From: a virus
Direction: 5' to 3' (one strand)
IMG/VR virus record: IMGVR_UViG_3300008459_000033
Location: 5,169-69,168 of that record
DNA length: 64,000 nucleotides
Shown: one piece after another, positions 38,362 to 46,274 of the stretch
Layout of the letters: every line of letters starts with the position of its first letter
Numbering within the stretch: position 1 is the first letter of the stretch
Made by a program: the position numbers and the translations under genes
Notes under the pieces: generated by a model
Told to the model about the DNA's origin: nothing
The model's input: the letters and a program-made list of their open reading frames with translations, nothing else
Databases searched by the model: none

Positions 38362-38914
38362 GGCAAATGTAGTTCAGAACTCTGTTAACGATGCAATCAA
38401 AGCGATTGACATCAGTGTTAATGTTGAGATCAGCGAATTCCAAGATATTGATGCAGTGATTGCATCAGCACAAAAGAAATTAGCAGACAACGATCACCGT
38501 CGTGATCGCTTGCTGGTTACCTTGTATAACATTCGTGGCCTAGTTGGTCAAGCGAATGCTGAAAGTGGCATCGACCTAGCATTGGCTCGTGCAGCATACA
38601 TTGACAAGCGACTTGGTCAATTGGCTGAACTTGCAAGTGCAGCCGTTATCACTGACATGTCTGTGATCAAAGGCAAGATTGACAAGATCAAGAACAGCAA
38701 AGACGAAGGTCGTCGTAGCCTGTATGGTTATAGCGATGGAGTGACAACTTCGGTGTTGACACAAGAAAAGATTGACCAGATTAAGAACGAAGTAAAAGTT
38801 CTTAAGAAACAGAAGCAAAAGCTCAACGATGAAATCCTTGAGTTGAATATCAAAACAGATATTCCACTTAGCGATGATGCAGTGGCAATTTTGCAGGCTG
38901 AAGGTCTAATCTAA
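38342..38914 (+). CDS. Coiled-coil hypothetical protein
   Basis: 190-aa ORF overlapping the rpoZ end. Confidence 0.75.
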   Translation: MNITLRKANVVQNSVNDAIKAIDISVNVEISEFQDIDAVIASAQKKLADNDHRRDRLLVTLYNIRGLVGQANAESGIDLALARAAYIDKRLGQLAELASAAVITDMSVIKGKIDKIKNSKDEGRRSLYGYSDGVTTSVLTQEKIDQIKNEVKVLKKQKQKLNDEILELNIKTDIPLSDDAVAILQAEGLI

Positions 38915-38919
38915 CAGAC

Positions 38920-39116
38920 CCCGGTTTACGCTTTTACGTTAGAAAAGTGCGTGATTGCTGATACGAGAGAGGCACGGTGCATTGGATCTACCGCAAGGTT
39001 CTCTTTAGGAACGACTTGAGAAATCACAAAGGTAGGGACGCTATCCTGTCTAAATAGAAAAGAACGTGGACAGAGTAACCGCTCAGTCCGGGGCTCATGT
39101 GGTGTGAGTAGCCGGA
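38920..39116 (+). ncRNA. Unknown ~200-nt structured RNA (D)
   Basis: CCGGTTTAC/GTAGCCGG closing stem; GCAA hairpin; no ORF. Confidence 0.55.
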
Positions 39117-39117
39117 C

Positions 39118-39202
39118 ACTTTATTAAAATATTTTAGTCACAGCTGAGAATTATAGACTTCAGATTGCATAGCAATGTGTCATTAAAGTATTTTAATAAA
39201 GT
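39118..39202 (+). repeat. Long-stem cassette E6
   Basis: ACTTTATTAAAATATTTTAGT / ATTAAAGTATTTTAATAAAGT. Confidence 0.7.
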
Positions 39203-39205
39203 TAT

Positions 39206-39279
39206 CGCGGGATAGAGAAAGGGCATCTCAGAAGTCTCATAAGCTTCAGTTCTTGGTTCGAATCCAGGTCCCGCAACCA
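39206..39279 (+). tRNA. tRNA-Met(CAT), initiator-like
   Basis: CGCGGG 5' end with C1:A72 mismatch, CAT, CCA; lacks the three G-C anticodon-stem pairs. Confidence 0.8.
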
Positions 39280-39286
39280 AATTCAA

Positions 39287-39535
39287 ATGATAGATTACCT
39301 AACAACATTTTTTGCTATATTTTTACTTGATATTGTTTATACATATTATCTAAGATGTGTGGCAAATGACAATGTATTAGGAGCAAGCTTTTGGTCTGTG
39401 GCTTGTTATGTTTTAGGAAGTGTAGCAGTTATAAATTACACGTCTAATCATTGGTTAATGATTCCAGCAATGGCAGGTGCGTTTTGTGGCACCTATGTTG
39501 GCATGAAGATTAGAAAAAAACAATTCGGAGTGTAG
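39287..39535 (+). CDS. Small membrane protein
   Basis: 82 aa, three hydrophobic segments. Confidence 0.7.
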   Translation: MIDYLTTFFAIFLLDIVYTYYLRCVANDNVLGASFWSVACYVLGSVAVINYTSNHWLMIPAMAGAFCGTYVGMKIRKKQFGV

Positions 39536-39546
39536 CGCCGAGTCTG

Positions 39547-40077
39547 TTAAAATTTTTCCGGGTGTAGCTTAGTCTGGCTTAAAGCGCCTGCTTTGGGAGC
39601 AGGAGATCGTGAGTTCGAATCCCACTTCCCGGACCAATCTAACTTATTACCTTTTTGTCTATTTTGACTCATAGGTAAGTATTGAAGATTATCTTGATGA
39701 TGTAGTCCACCTTTACTAACGGGTATGATGTGATCTACTTCAAACCCTATAGGACATTCTTCATAGATTTTTTGTATTAGTTTTAAATCTGCATCAGGTG
39801 GTGTTTGAGCTTTTTGTTTAGCGTGGTATCTTTGCCAGGCTTCATTAGCAATAGCTCGTTTATGTTTATAGTGAGCTTCATCCTTTTCGACTCGGCTCGC
39901 TAATTGAGCACATTTATGTGAACAATATTGATTAGTGGATGTGTGCCTAAATATTTTTTCGGCACCACAATGCTTACAGTTAAAAATTCGCTTAGGTTTA
40001 CCGCAATACTTTGTATGCATCGTTAAACCTTGCGTGTTTTTAAACTCTGATTTACAGTTGGGACATTCGTGTTTCAT
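39547..40077 (-). CDS. HNH endonuclease with N-terminal zinc fingers
   Basis: CPNC..H..C, CKHC...CSHKC, EVDHIIPVSKGGLH..NLQ.L...N..KGNK; C-terminus runs antisense through tRNA-Pro. Confidence 0.88.
   Translation of the reverse strand: MKHECPNCKSEFKNTQGLTMHTKYCGKPKRIFNCKHCGAEKIFRHTSTNQYCSHKCAQLASRVEKDEAHYKHKRAIANEAWQRYHAKQKAQTPPDADLKLIQKIYEECPIGFEVDHIIPVSKGGLHHQDNLQYLPMSQNRQKGNKLDWSGKWDSNSRSPAPKAGALSQTKLHPEKF
39558..39636 (+). tRNA. tRNA-Pro(TGG)
   Basis: Cloverleaf, CCA. Confidence 0.88.
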
Positions 40078-40208
40078 ATAAGTATTTATCAGTCTGGTAG
40101 CGCAGAATAGAAACATAGGCGTACAAGGTTCGAATCCTTGTACTCCGACCAAAAACTCTCCCTGACATGCGGAGTATAATGTGATAAGTAGTATGTCAAA
40201 AATTTAAT

Positions 40209-40284
40209 GCGGGCGTAGCTCAGTTGGTAGAGCATTACCTTGCCAAGGTAAATGTCGTCGGTTCGAACCCGATCGCCCGCTCCA
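40209..40284 (+). tRNA. tRNA-Gly(GCC)
   Basis: Cloverleaf, CCA. Confidence 0.93.
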
Positions 40285-40294
40285 AAGGACAATT

Positions 40295-40690
40295 ATGTTA
40301 GAATGTTTGATTCTAGGTGACAGTATTGCAGTTGGTACAGCTAATATTCGTACTGAGTGTGTTTCATATTCACATGGTGGATGGAACTCGTGGCAGTGGA
40401 ATAAGAAGTATAAAGACACTCCCGTTGCAGCAAAGACAGTAATTATCAGTTTAGGCAGCAATGATCATAAAGGTGTTAGAACTCTTTGGGAGTTACAACA
40501 ACTGCGTGATAGAACAAAAGCAGATAGAGTCTATTGGATCCTTCCTGCAATTAAACCAGACATCCAAGAGATGGTCAAATTAGTTGCCAAGGATCATAAC
40601 GATGTCGTGTTACCTATTACACGATTACAAAAAGATGGAGTTCATCCTTCCTGGGCAGGTTATAAAGAGCTTGCAGATAAATCAAGGTGA
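40295..40690 (+). CDS. Small SGNH/GDSL hydrolase
   Basis: LGDSIAVG, SLGSND, DGVHP. Confidence 0.8.
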   Translation: MLECLILGDSIAVGTANIRTECVSYSHGGWNSWQWNKKYKDTPVAAKTVIISLGSNDHKGVRTLWELQQLRDRTKADRVYWILPAIKPDIQEMVKLVAKDHNDVVLPITRLQKDGVHPSWAGYKELADKSR

Positions 40691-40716
40691 TGCTATAATA
40701 AGTTTATAGTTAGTAT

Positions 40717-40790
40717 GCGGGGTTAGTTTAATGGCAAAACAGCAGATTTCCAATCTTCGGTCGAGAGTTCGATTCTCTCACTCCGCTCCA
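40717..40790 (+). tRNA. tRNA-Gly(TCC)
   Basis: Cloverleaf, CCA. Confidence 0.88.
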
Positions 40791-40797
40791 AATATAT

Positions 40798-40872
40798 CTG
40801 GCGTTCGTTCAATGGATAGGACATGATTCTTCTAAAGTCATTATGGAGGTTCGATTCCTCCACGCCGGGCCA
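40798..40872 (+). tRNA. tRNA-Arg(TCT)
   Basis: Cloverleaf, CCA. Confidence 0.88.
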
Positions 40873-40890
40873 ATAACAATAAGGTAGATA

Positions 40891-41076
40891 ATGGGTAAGA
40901 AAGAAGAACAAGAAGCAACCGATGCCGCTGTTGCAGAATTTTTAGCAGGCGGTGGAATCATTCAACAAATTCCAATGGGTAAGAGTGGTCGCGTCGAGGG
41001 AGAAAGTTATAACCCTTGGGGCAAGAAGAAAACCACAGCACCTAGCCCACTAGCAGAACTTCCAGAAGAAGATTAA
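40891..41076 (+). CDS. Small hypothetical protein
   Basis: TAAGG RBS; AVAEFLAGGG.I..IP.G motif. Confidence 0.7.
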   Translation: MGKKEEQEATDAAVAEFLAGGGIIQQIPMGKSGRVEGESYNPWGKKKTTAPSPLAELPEED

Positions 41077-41151
41077 GCTCTTATAGTATAATGGCTATTA
41101 TGCTGTCTTGGTATGACAGAGATCGTAGTTCAATTCTACGTTAGAGCACCA
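41077..41151 (+). tRNA. tRNA-Thr(GGT)
   Basis: Cloverleaf, CCA. Confidence 0.85.
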
Positions 41152-41156
41152 AGTAT

Positions 41157-41240
41157 GCGAGTGTGGTGGAATGGTATACACAGCAGACTTAAAATCTGCC
41201 GCTTAATTGATTGAGGGTTCAAGTCCCTCCACTCGTACCA
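41157..41240 (+). tRNA. tRNA-Leu(TAA)
   Basis: Type II cloverleaf, CCA. Confidence 0.92.
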
Positions 41241-41248
41241 CGAACAAA

Positions 41249-41329
41249 GCCCCGGTAGACAAATTGGCAAAGTCGTCTCTCTCAAAAAGAGAAATTTAAA
41301 TGCGGGTTCAACTCCCGCCCGGGGTACCA
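41249..41329 (+). tRNA. tRNA-Leu(CAA), short variable arm
   Basis: Cloverleaf, CCA. Confidence 0.8.
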
Positions 41330-41358
41330 TTGACAAACACAGTGTTTGATCGTATCAT
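41330..41358 (+). promoter_or_regulatory. Sigma70 promoter
   Basis: TTGACA-17-TATCAT. Confidence 0.6.
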
Positions 41359-41364
41359 AATAGA

Positions 41365-41598
41365 ATGTATAAAGTAATAAGCAAATCGGGACTCCCACTT
41401 AACTCATGTCCTACACTAAACGAAGCTATGGCATTTGCCAAAACTGTAGGTATGTTTGTAACTATCAGCGGCCCGGATTTTGAAGTGTGCGGTATATTTG
41501 GAGTTGATAGTGTTGAAGATGGTCTATGTCCAGATGGTGTAGCTTACACATGGAACAAAGCTAGCCGTATAGGACGAATTAAAAAAGAGAGAGTATAA
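41365..41598 (+). CDS. Hypothetical protein
   Basis: 77-aa ORF coupled to the next gene. Confidence 0.7.
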   Translation: MYKVISKSGLPLNSCPTLNEAMAFAKTVGMFVTISGPDFEVCGIFGVDSVEDGLCPDGVAYTWNKASRIGRIKKERV

Positions 41599-42092
41599 TG
41601 CCCTGGATTGAAAATGTATCATTAGGAGATATTCCCAAAGGTCGACATCACAACGCCGGAGAGAACTCTATGCTGATTCAAATTGTTGATCCGGACATGG
41701 AGTTTCCTGTGCCAATGCACAAGTTTAAATCTACTCATCAGTTTAAGTTTCTTGATTTAGAAAAAACCGATGACACAATAAATGACCAATGGAAAATTCA
41801 AGACGAACAAGCTGAAGAATTAGTTCGCTTGTTGCAACACGCTCTAGAACATCGCATGAACGTTGTTGTGCATTGTGTAGCAGGTGTATGCCGTAGTGGG
41901 GCTGTATGTGAAGTAGGAACCATATTAGGCTTTGACGATACTGAAGTATTTCGTAGCCCCAATCTTCTTGTCAAACACAAGATGATGAAAGTGCTAGGAA
42001 TGACCTACGATGAAAGCGAACCACACACAATTAATGGTGTAACTACTGATTGGGGATTTGTTATTCCAAAGAATCGCGAAGGCGATATCTAA
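41598..42092 (+). CDS. Cys-based (PTP/dual-specificity-like) phosphatase
   Basis: VHCVAGVCRS (HCX5R). Confidence 0.82.
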   Translation: MPWIENVSLGDIPKGRHHNAGENSMLIQIVDPDMEFPVPMHKFKSTHQFKFLDLEKTDDTINDQWKIQDEQAEELVRLLQHALEHRMNVVVHCVAGVCRSGAVCEVGTILGFDDTEVFRSPNLLVKHKMMKVLGMTYDESEPHTINGVTTDWGFVIPKNREGDI

Positions 42093-42115
42093 CCGTAGTA
42101 ATTCTACAACAAAAG

Positions 42116-42141
42116 AAAGCCCTGTTACTATGCAGGGCTTT
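42116..42141. terminator. Hairpin, possible terminator
   Basis: AAAGCCCTG/CAGGGCTTT. Confidence 0.5.
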
Positions 42142-42175
42142 CGCACGATGTTATAATGTATATAGAGGAAATAAA

Positions 42176-42721
42176 ATGAAAACATGGATCACTAGCGATT
42201 TACATTTCGGTCACAAGAACATAATGAAGTTTTGCCCGATCACGCGAGCAAGATTCCGCGACGATGTTAGCTACATGAACGAAGCCATGATTAAGGAATG
42301 GAACGATTTAATCGAGCCAGAAGACACTGTTTACATCTTAGGTGATGTAGCATTTATGTCAGGCAGCGATGCTGGAAGAACTGTGAATCGTTTAAACGGC
42401 TCAAAGATCTTAGTTGAAGGAAATCACGATCGTAAAACGTTACAGGATGCCACATTCCGTAATGCGTTTAAAGAAGTACACAAGTATTTGGATGTTACCT
42501 ATGACGGTCATAAGATTGTTATGTTTCACTATCCAATCAGCGAGTGGGATCAAATGCACAGAGGTTCCTTACATTTCTTTGGTCACGTACATGGTGGCGA
42601 CAGCGGTATGGAAAAATATCGTTGTAGAGATGTAGGTATGGATGCCACAGGCATGATAGCTGTGTCAATGGAATGGGCAATTGCCAATGTTAAGAACAAT
42701 GAAATAAAAGGACATCACTAA
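42176..42721 (+). CDS. Calcineurin-like metallophosphoesterase
   Basis: SDLHFGH, LGD, GNHD, HYP, GHVH. Confidence 0.9.
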   Translation: MKTWITSDLHFGHKNIMKFCPITRARFRDDVSYMNEAMIKEWNDLIEPEDTVYILGDVAFMSGSDAGRTVNRLNGSKILVEGNHDRKTLQDATFRNAFKEVHKYLDVTYDGHKIVMFHYPISEWDQMHRGSLHFFGHVHGGDSGMEKYRCRDVGMDATGMIAVSMEWAIANVKNNEIKGHH

Positions 42722-43233
42722 TGGATATCGTAGAAAAAGCTCGCATCTTTGCAACTGCTGCTCATGCTGCTGTCGATCAGCGCCGTAAGTATACCAACGA
42801 ACCCTATATTGTTCATCCTAAACAAGTTGCCGACTTTGTAGCCAACGTCCCCGGTGCCACACCCGAGATGATTGCTGCTGCTTGGTTGCATGATGTTGTT
42901 GAAGATACTAAAGTAACCAACGAAGACATTGCTCGAGAGTTTGGTGACAAAGTTGGTGAGTATGTAGGCTGGGTAACTGACATTAGTCGTCCTGAGTATG
43001 GCAATCGTGCATTCCGTAAAGAAATGGATCGTAATCATATTGCAGGAGCACCTGGAGAAGCGCAGACAATTAAGTTGGCTGACATCATCAGTAACTGCTC
43101 TAGTATCATGATTCACGATGAAGACTTTGCTAAAGTTTACTTTGAAGAAAAACGATTGTTGTTAGAAGTCTTAACAAAAGGCGATTCTGGATTGTATAAC
43201 TATGCATCTAATTTAGTATTGGACGAAGAATGA
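42721..43233 (+). CDS. HD-domain (p)ppGpp hydrolase-like protein (small alarmone hydrolase/Mesh1 type)
   Basis: AH..Q.RK..EPYIVHP..VA, AAWLHDVVEDT, IKLAD. Confidence 0.85.
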   Translation: MDIVEKARIFATAAHAAVDQRRKYTNEPYIVHPKQVADFVANVPGATPEMIAAAWLHDVVEDTKVTNEDIAREFGDKVGEYVGWVTDISRPEYGNRAFRKEMDRNHIAGAPGEAQTIKLADIISNCSSIMIHDEDFAKVYFEEKRLLLEVLTKGDSGLYNYASNLVLDEE

Positions 43234-43625
43234 AACTGTTATTAGTACGTGGCTTGCCAGGATCTGGCAAGTCCACTATTGCAAAAAACTTAATTGGTTA
43301 CTACTATCATGTAGAAACTGATATGTTCTGGATGCAGGACGGTGAGTATAAGTGGGATGCTAGTCGACTAGGCGAAGCTCACGCATGGTGTTTGAATCGC
43401 ACTCGCGAACTTATGACCACAGGATTCTCACCTGTTGTTAGCAACACGTTTACTACTATCAAAGAAATGCGCCCGTATTTTGATCTTGCCAAAGAATTTG
43501 ATATTGTTCCAACTGTAATAGTTGTACAAAATGAATGGGGCAATGTGCATAATGTTCCGGAAGAAACTTTGGCTAAAATGAAGGCACGATTCCAATTTGA
43601 TATCTCGGAGTTATTCAATGTTTAA
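43230..43625 (+). CDS. P-loop kinase (AAA_33/polynucleotide kinase-like)
   Basis: RGLPGSGKST, D.F, NTF, HNVP...KM..RF. Confidence 0.8.
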   Translation: MKLLLVRGLPGSGKSTIAKNLIGYYYHVETDMFWMQDGEYKWDASRLGEAHAWCLNRTRELMTTGFSPVVSNTFTTIKEMRPYFDLAKEFDIVPTVIVVQNEWGNVHNVPEETLAKMKARFQFDISELFNV

Positions 43626-44505
43626 AGATGAGTTAAAAGAATATGTAGAAACTAGCGGCTTAGTCAACATGCGAGAGTGTGGCGATGGTATCTACGTACT
43701 GAAGTACAAGAAGAGAGTGTTCTACGATAACTTGTGGAACGAGTACATTGCTGAATGCCGCGGTAGTATTGTAGACAAGGATTTCAACTTGGTTGCTTAT
43801 CCATTCACAAAGATCTACAACTACGGCATTGAAAAGGAAGCACCAGTGCTTACCCCAGATACCAAGGTAACTGCTTTCCGCAAAGTCAACGGCTTCATGG
43901 TTGCTTGTACATTGCATAACGGTAAACTGTTAGTGTCTACTACTGGTAGCACAGACAGCGACTATGTTAACATGGCACGTGAGCTAATTGACGAAGCAAA
44001 GTATCTAGACCTGTGCTCACGCTGGAAAGGGTATACTTTTATGTTTGAGTGCGTTCACAAAAACGACCCACATATCGTTCCTGAAAAGGAAGGTATGTAT
44101 ATTCTAGGATATCGCGAAAACAAATGGAACACACATGTTGAACATGATCCATTCATGTTAATGGAAATGGGTCGTGTGCTCGATTGCTTTGTGCCAGAAA
44201 GTGTAACAACTAACATGGCACGAGTAGAACAAATGGCCAAAGAATGTAGTCACGAAGGTTATGTATTCTATACCAACGAAGGTGTAAGTGCTAAGATCAA
44301 GTCACCATACTACTTGACTTCAAAGTGGGTCGCTCGCAATCCGCGGACAGATAAGTTAGTAGACTTGAATAAAGACATCAAGCACAACATTGACGAAGAG
44401 TACTATCCACTAATTGATGCAATTCGTGCTAACATTGTTGAGTATACTGCCATGAATGAACAGGCTCGCTTGTCATGGGTTCGAAACTATTTGGAGGATG
44501 TATGA
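43618..44505 (+). CDS. RNA ligase (T4 Rnl1-like)
   Basis: ECRG, PFTKIYN, KVNG motif I, FE, EGYV, KIKSPYY. Confidence 0.82.
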   Translation: MFKDELKEYVETSGLVNMRECGDGIYVLKYKKRVFYDNLWNEYIAECRGSIVDKDFNLVAYPFTKIYNYGIEKEAPVLTPDTKVTAFRKVNGFMVACTLHNGKLLVSTTGSTDSDYVNMARELIDEAKYLDLCSRWKGYTFMFECVHKNDPHIVPEKEGMYILGYRENKWNTHVEHDPFMLMEMGRVLDCFVPESVTTNMARVEQMAKECSHEGYVFYTNEGVSAKIKSPYYLTSKWVARNPRTDKLVDLNKDIKHNIDEEYYPLIDAIRANIVEYTAMNEQARLSWVRNYLEDV

Positions 44506-44687
44506 TTGATGAAAGTCATTTACCTGTAGCAGAACAAAGTCTAGTCTTTCGTTTGCGTAAGCGAGCAGAGATTCGTAGACAAAACAAAGATCGCAAAAGT
44601 GTTCAAGAGGGTGCCAACGATCGCATCTCAGACCTTCTAGAAGAAGCGGCCAACGAAATTGATAAATTAAACAGTAGATTGGAATAA
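44502..44687 (+). CDS. Small hypothetical phage protein
   Basis: GGAGG RBS; LVFRLRKRAEIRRQ..DRI.DLLEEAA.EI. Confidence 0.7.
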   Translation: MIDESHLPVAEQSLVFRLRKRAEIRRQNKDRKSVQEGANDRISDLLEEAANEIDKLNSRLE

Positions 44688-44716
44688 TAATAGGGCCTTA
44701 TGGGCCCTATTTTTTT
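44686..44716 (+). terminator. Intrinsic terminator
   Basis: ATAGGGCC/GGCCCTAT stem plus T tract. Confidence 0.8.
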
Positions 44717-44743
44717 GACTTTAATTTATTACACATATATAAT
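44715..44743 (+). promoter_or_regulatory. Sigma70 promoter
   Basis: TTGACT-17-TATAAT; predicted start near the 5' end of the tRNA-like RNA. Confidence 0.7.
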
Positions 44744-44749
44744 AACAAT

Positions 44750-44860
44750 GTGGCCGTGAGTGGAATTGGTAGACCTCCCGCTAGTCCCATAGACTAGAGT
44801 GGGGCTGGGGCAAAGTCGTAGACAGCGCCTTTGTAGGTTCGAAACCTACCGGCCATACCA
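44750..44860 (+). ncRNA. Oversized tRNA-like RNA (111 nt, CAT loop)
   Basis: GTGGCCG/CGGCCAT acceptor, ACCA end, canonical T arm, extended anticodon arm and large variable region. Confidence 0.7.
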
Positions 44861-44921
44861 CATTTTCTATTTGTAGACTAGGTTGTCTATAAGTAAAAAA
44901 CATAACTAAGGAACATATAAT

Positions 44922-45116
44922 ATGTCAAATACAGTAGAACAACTAAAAGCAGCAATGGAAGCATTCCTTGCAGAAGATAATAAATTCGTAGCAGGTAACG
45001 CAGCCGCTGGTACTCGCGCTCGTAAAGCTCTCCAAGAAGTTGCTAAATTAGTTAAAACTCGTCGCACAGAAATTACAGACGAAAAGAACGCTCGTAAAGA
45101 AGCCAAGGCGGCCTAA
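44922..45116 (+). CDS. Histone H1-like (Hc1 family) protein
   Basis: KF..GNAAAGTRARKAL.E..KL.K..R. Confidence 0.8.
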   Translation: MSNTVEQLKAAMEAFLAEDNKFVAGNAAAGTRARKALQEVAKLVKTRRTEITDEKNARKEAKAA

Positions 45117-45117
45117 C

Positions 45118-45588
45118 ATGAGCCAAGACAAGATCGATTACTCCATCGATCTTGGTGATTACGATACCACCAGCTATGCACTTAGTAGCAGTGGTATCGA
45201 TACAATCACCTTAGATCCTAATACATTTTCATCTATAACAAGTTCAACTATTTCGGTCAGTCCAAATTATAATTGGTCAGGAACTAATGGCACGGGCATT
45301 TATACAACTACCGGTACTAGCCCTTACATAATTAGTAATGGTGGTGGCTACTCAATCAATACTACAACTCCTAGTATACAGGTTAAGGGTGATGCTGAGT
45401 TTGATGGTGACATTAAAATGCAAGGTAAGAGTTTAAATGCCTGGATGGAAATCATGGAACAACGTCTTGCAATACTTGTACCAGATCCAAAGAAACTAGA
45501 AAAATTTGAAGCCTTGAAAAAAGCCTATGAACACTACAAAACAATGGAAAGTCTTTGTTTTGAAGAAGAAGTGAAAGAATCTAAATAA
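45118..45588 (+). CDS. Hypothetical phage protein
   Basis: S/T/G-rich N-terminus, helical C-terminus. Confidence 0.7.
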   Translation: MSQDKIDYSIDLGDYDTTSYALSSSGIDTITLDPNTFSSITSSTISVSPNYNWSGTNGTGIYTTTGTSPYIISNGGGYSINTTTPSIQVKGDAEFDGDIKMQGKSLNAWMEIMEQRLAILVPDPKKLEKFEALKKAYEHYKTMESLCFEEEVKESK

Positions 45589-46274
45589 TGAATGTACAAT
45601 TACTCAGCTACAGCCAACCAACAAAACAATTTGCAGACATGGGCATCGACGATGCACAAGAACTCATCGCGTATTGCGCCCGTGTCTCCAACCCAAGCAA
45701 CCAACTCAATACAGAGACATCAGAGAAGCTTATACGATATCTTGTTAAACACGCACACTGGAGTCCCTTGGAAATGGTTTCAGCCTGTGTTGAAATCACC
45801 ACAACCAGAGACATTGCCCGACAAATCCTTAGACACAGAAGTTTTGCCTTCCAAGAGTTTAGTCAACGATACGCTGACCCTACACAGGATCTTAACTTCG
45901 TCACTAGAGAAGCACGATTGCAGGACACCAAAAACAGACAAAATTCTGTTGAACTGGATCTCACAGACGCTAGCCAAAGAGAGCTTGCACGTTTATGGGA
46001 AGAAAAACAACAAGGTGTTATTAGAGCCGCTCGAGAAGCCTACACTTGGGCTGTCAGTAACGGTCTAGCCAAAGAGCAAGCTCGTGTTGTACTTCCAGAA
46101 GGTAATACAGAAAGTCGTGTTTACATGAACGGAACACTGCGTTCGTGGGTTCACTTTATTGAATTACGTTCGGCAAACGGTACACAAAAAGAACATCAGC
46201 TGGTTGCTCTAGCATGTGCCAAAGCCATTGCTGAAATTTTTCCAATGGCAGAATCACTAACCAATCATGGATGA
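45588..46274 (+). CDS. thyX: Flavin-dependent thymidylate synthase
   Basis: HWSPLE, RHRSFAFQEFSQRY (RHRX7SXR), AKEQAR.VLP. Confidence 0.95.
   Translation: MNVQLLSYSQPTKQFADMGIDDAQELIAYCARVSNPSNQLNTETSEKLIRYLVKHAHWSPLEMVSACVEITTTRDIARQILRHRSFAFQEFSQRYADPTQDLNFVTREARLQDTKNRQNSVELDLTDASQRELARLWEEKQQGVIRAAREAYTWAVSNGLAKEQARVVLPEGNTESRVYMNGTLRSWVHFIELRSANGTQKEHQLVALACAKAIAEIFPMAESLTNHG

Larger units (their letters stand above)
39547..40090. mobile_element. Inserted HNH + tRNA-Pro cassette flanked by an AGTCTG direct repeat
   Basis: AGTCTG at 39541-39546 and 40091-40096. Confidence 0.65.
39526..40151 (+). pseudogene. Split, degenerate tRNA-Pro-like gene (5' piece 39526-39546, 3' piece 40091-40151)
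   Basis: CGGAGTG/TACTCCG acceptor halves pair; AGTCTG duplicated; anticodon arm decayed; T arm and CCA intact. Confidence 0.75.

Noticed and set aside
32429-39202. Long-stem cassettes as a CRISPR array or MITEs
   Set aside because: They are dispersed inverted repeats, not tandem direct repeats; no cas or transposase gene and no target-site duplications were seen.
39526-40151. Spliced tRNA intron
   Set aside because: The joined product lacks a pairing anticodon arm, and the insert has no room for a ribozyme core.
32422-41336. Many 60-115 aa ORFs in the track across the RNA array (e.g. 32555, 33262, 33470, 34301, 35717, 37560, 40089, 41136)
   Set aside because: They overlap tRNA or ncRNA genes on either strand, lack an RBS, and translate T-arm sequence.
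44750-44860. tmRNA or tRNA-Sec
   Set aside because: Too short for tmRNA, with no tag ORF or Ala-type ends; no TCA anticodon.
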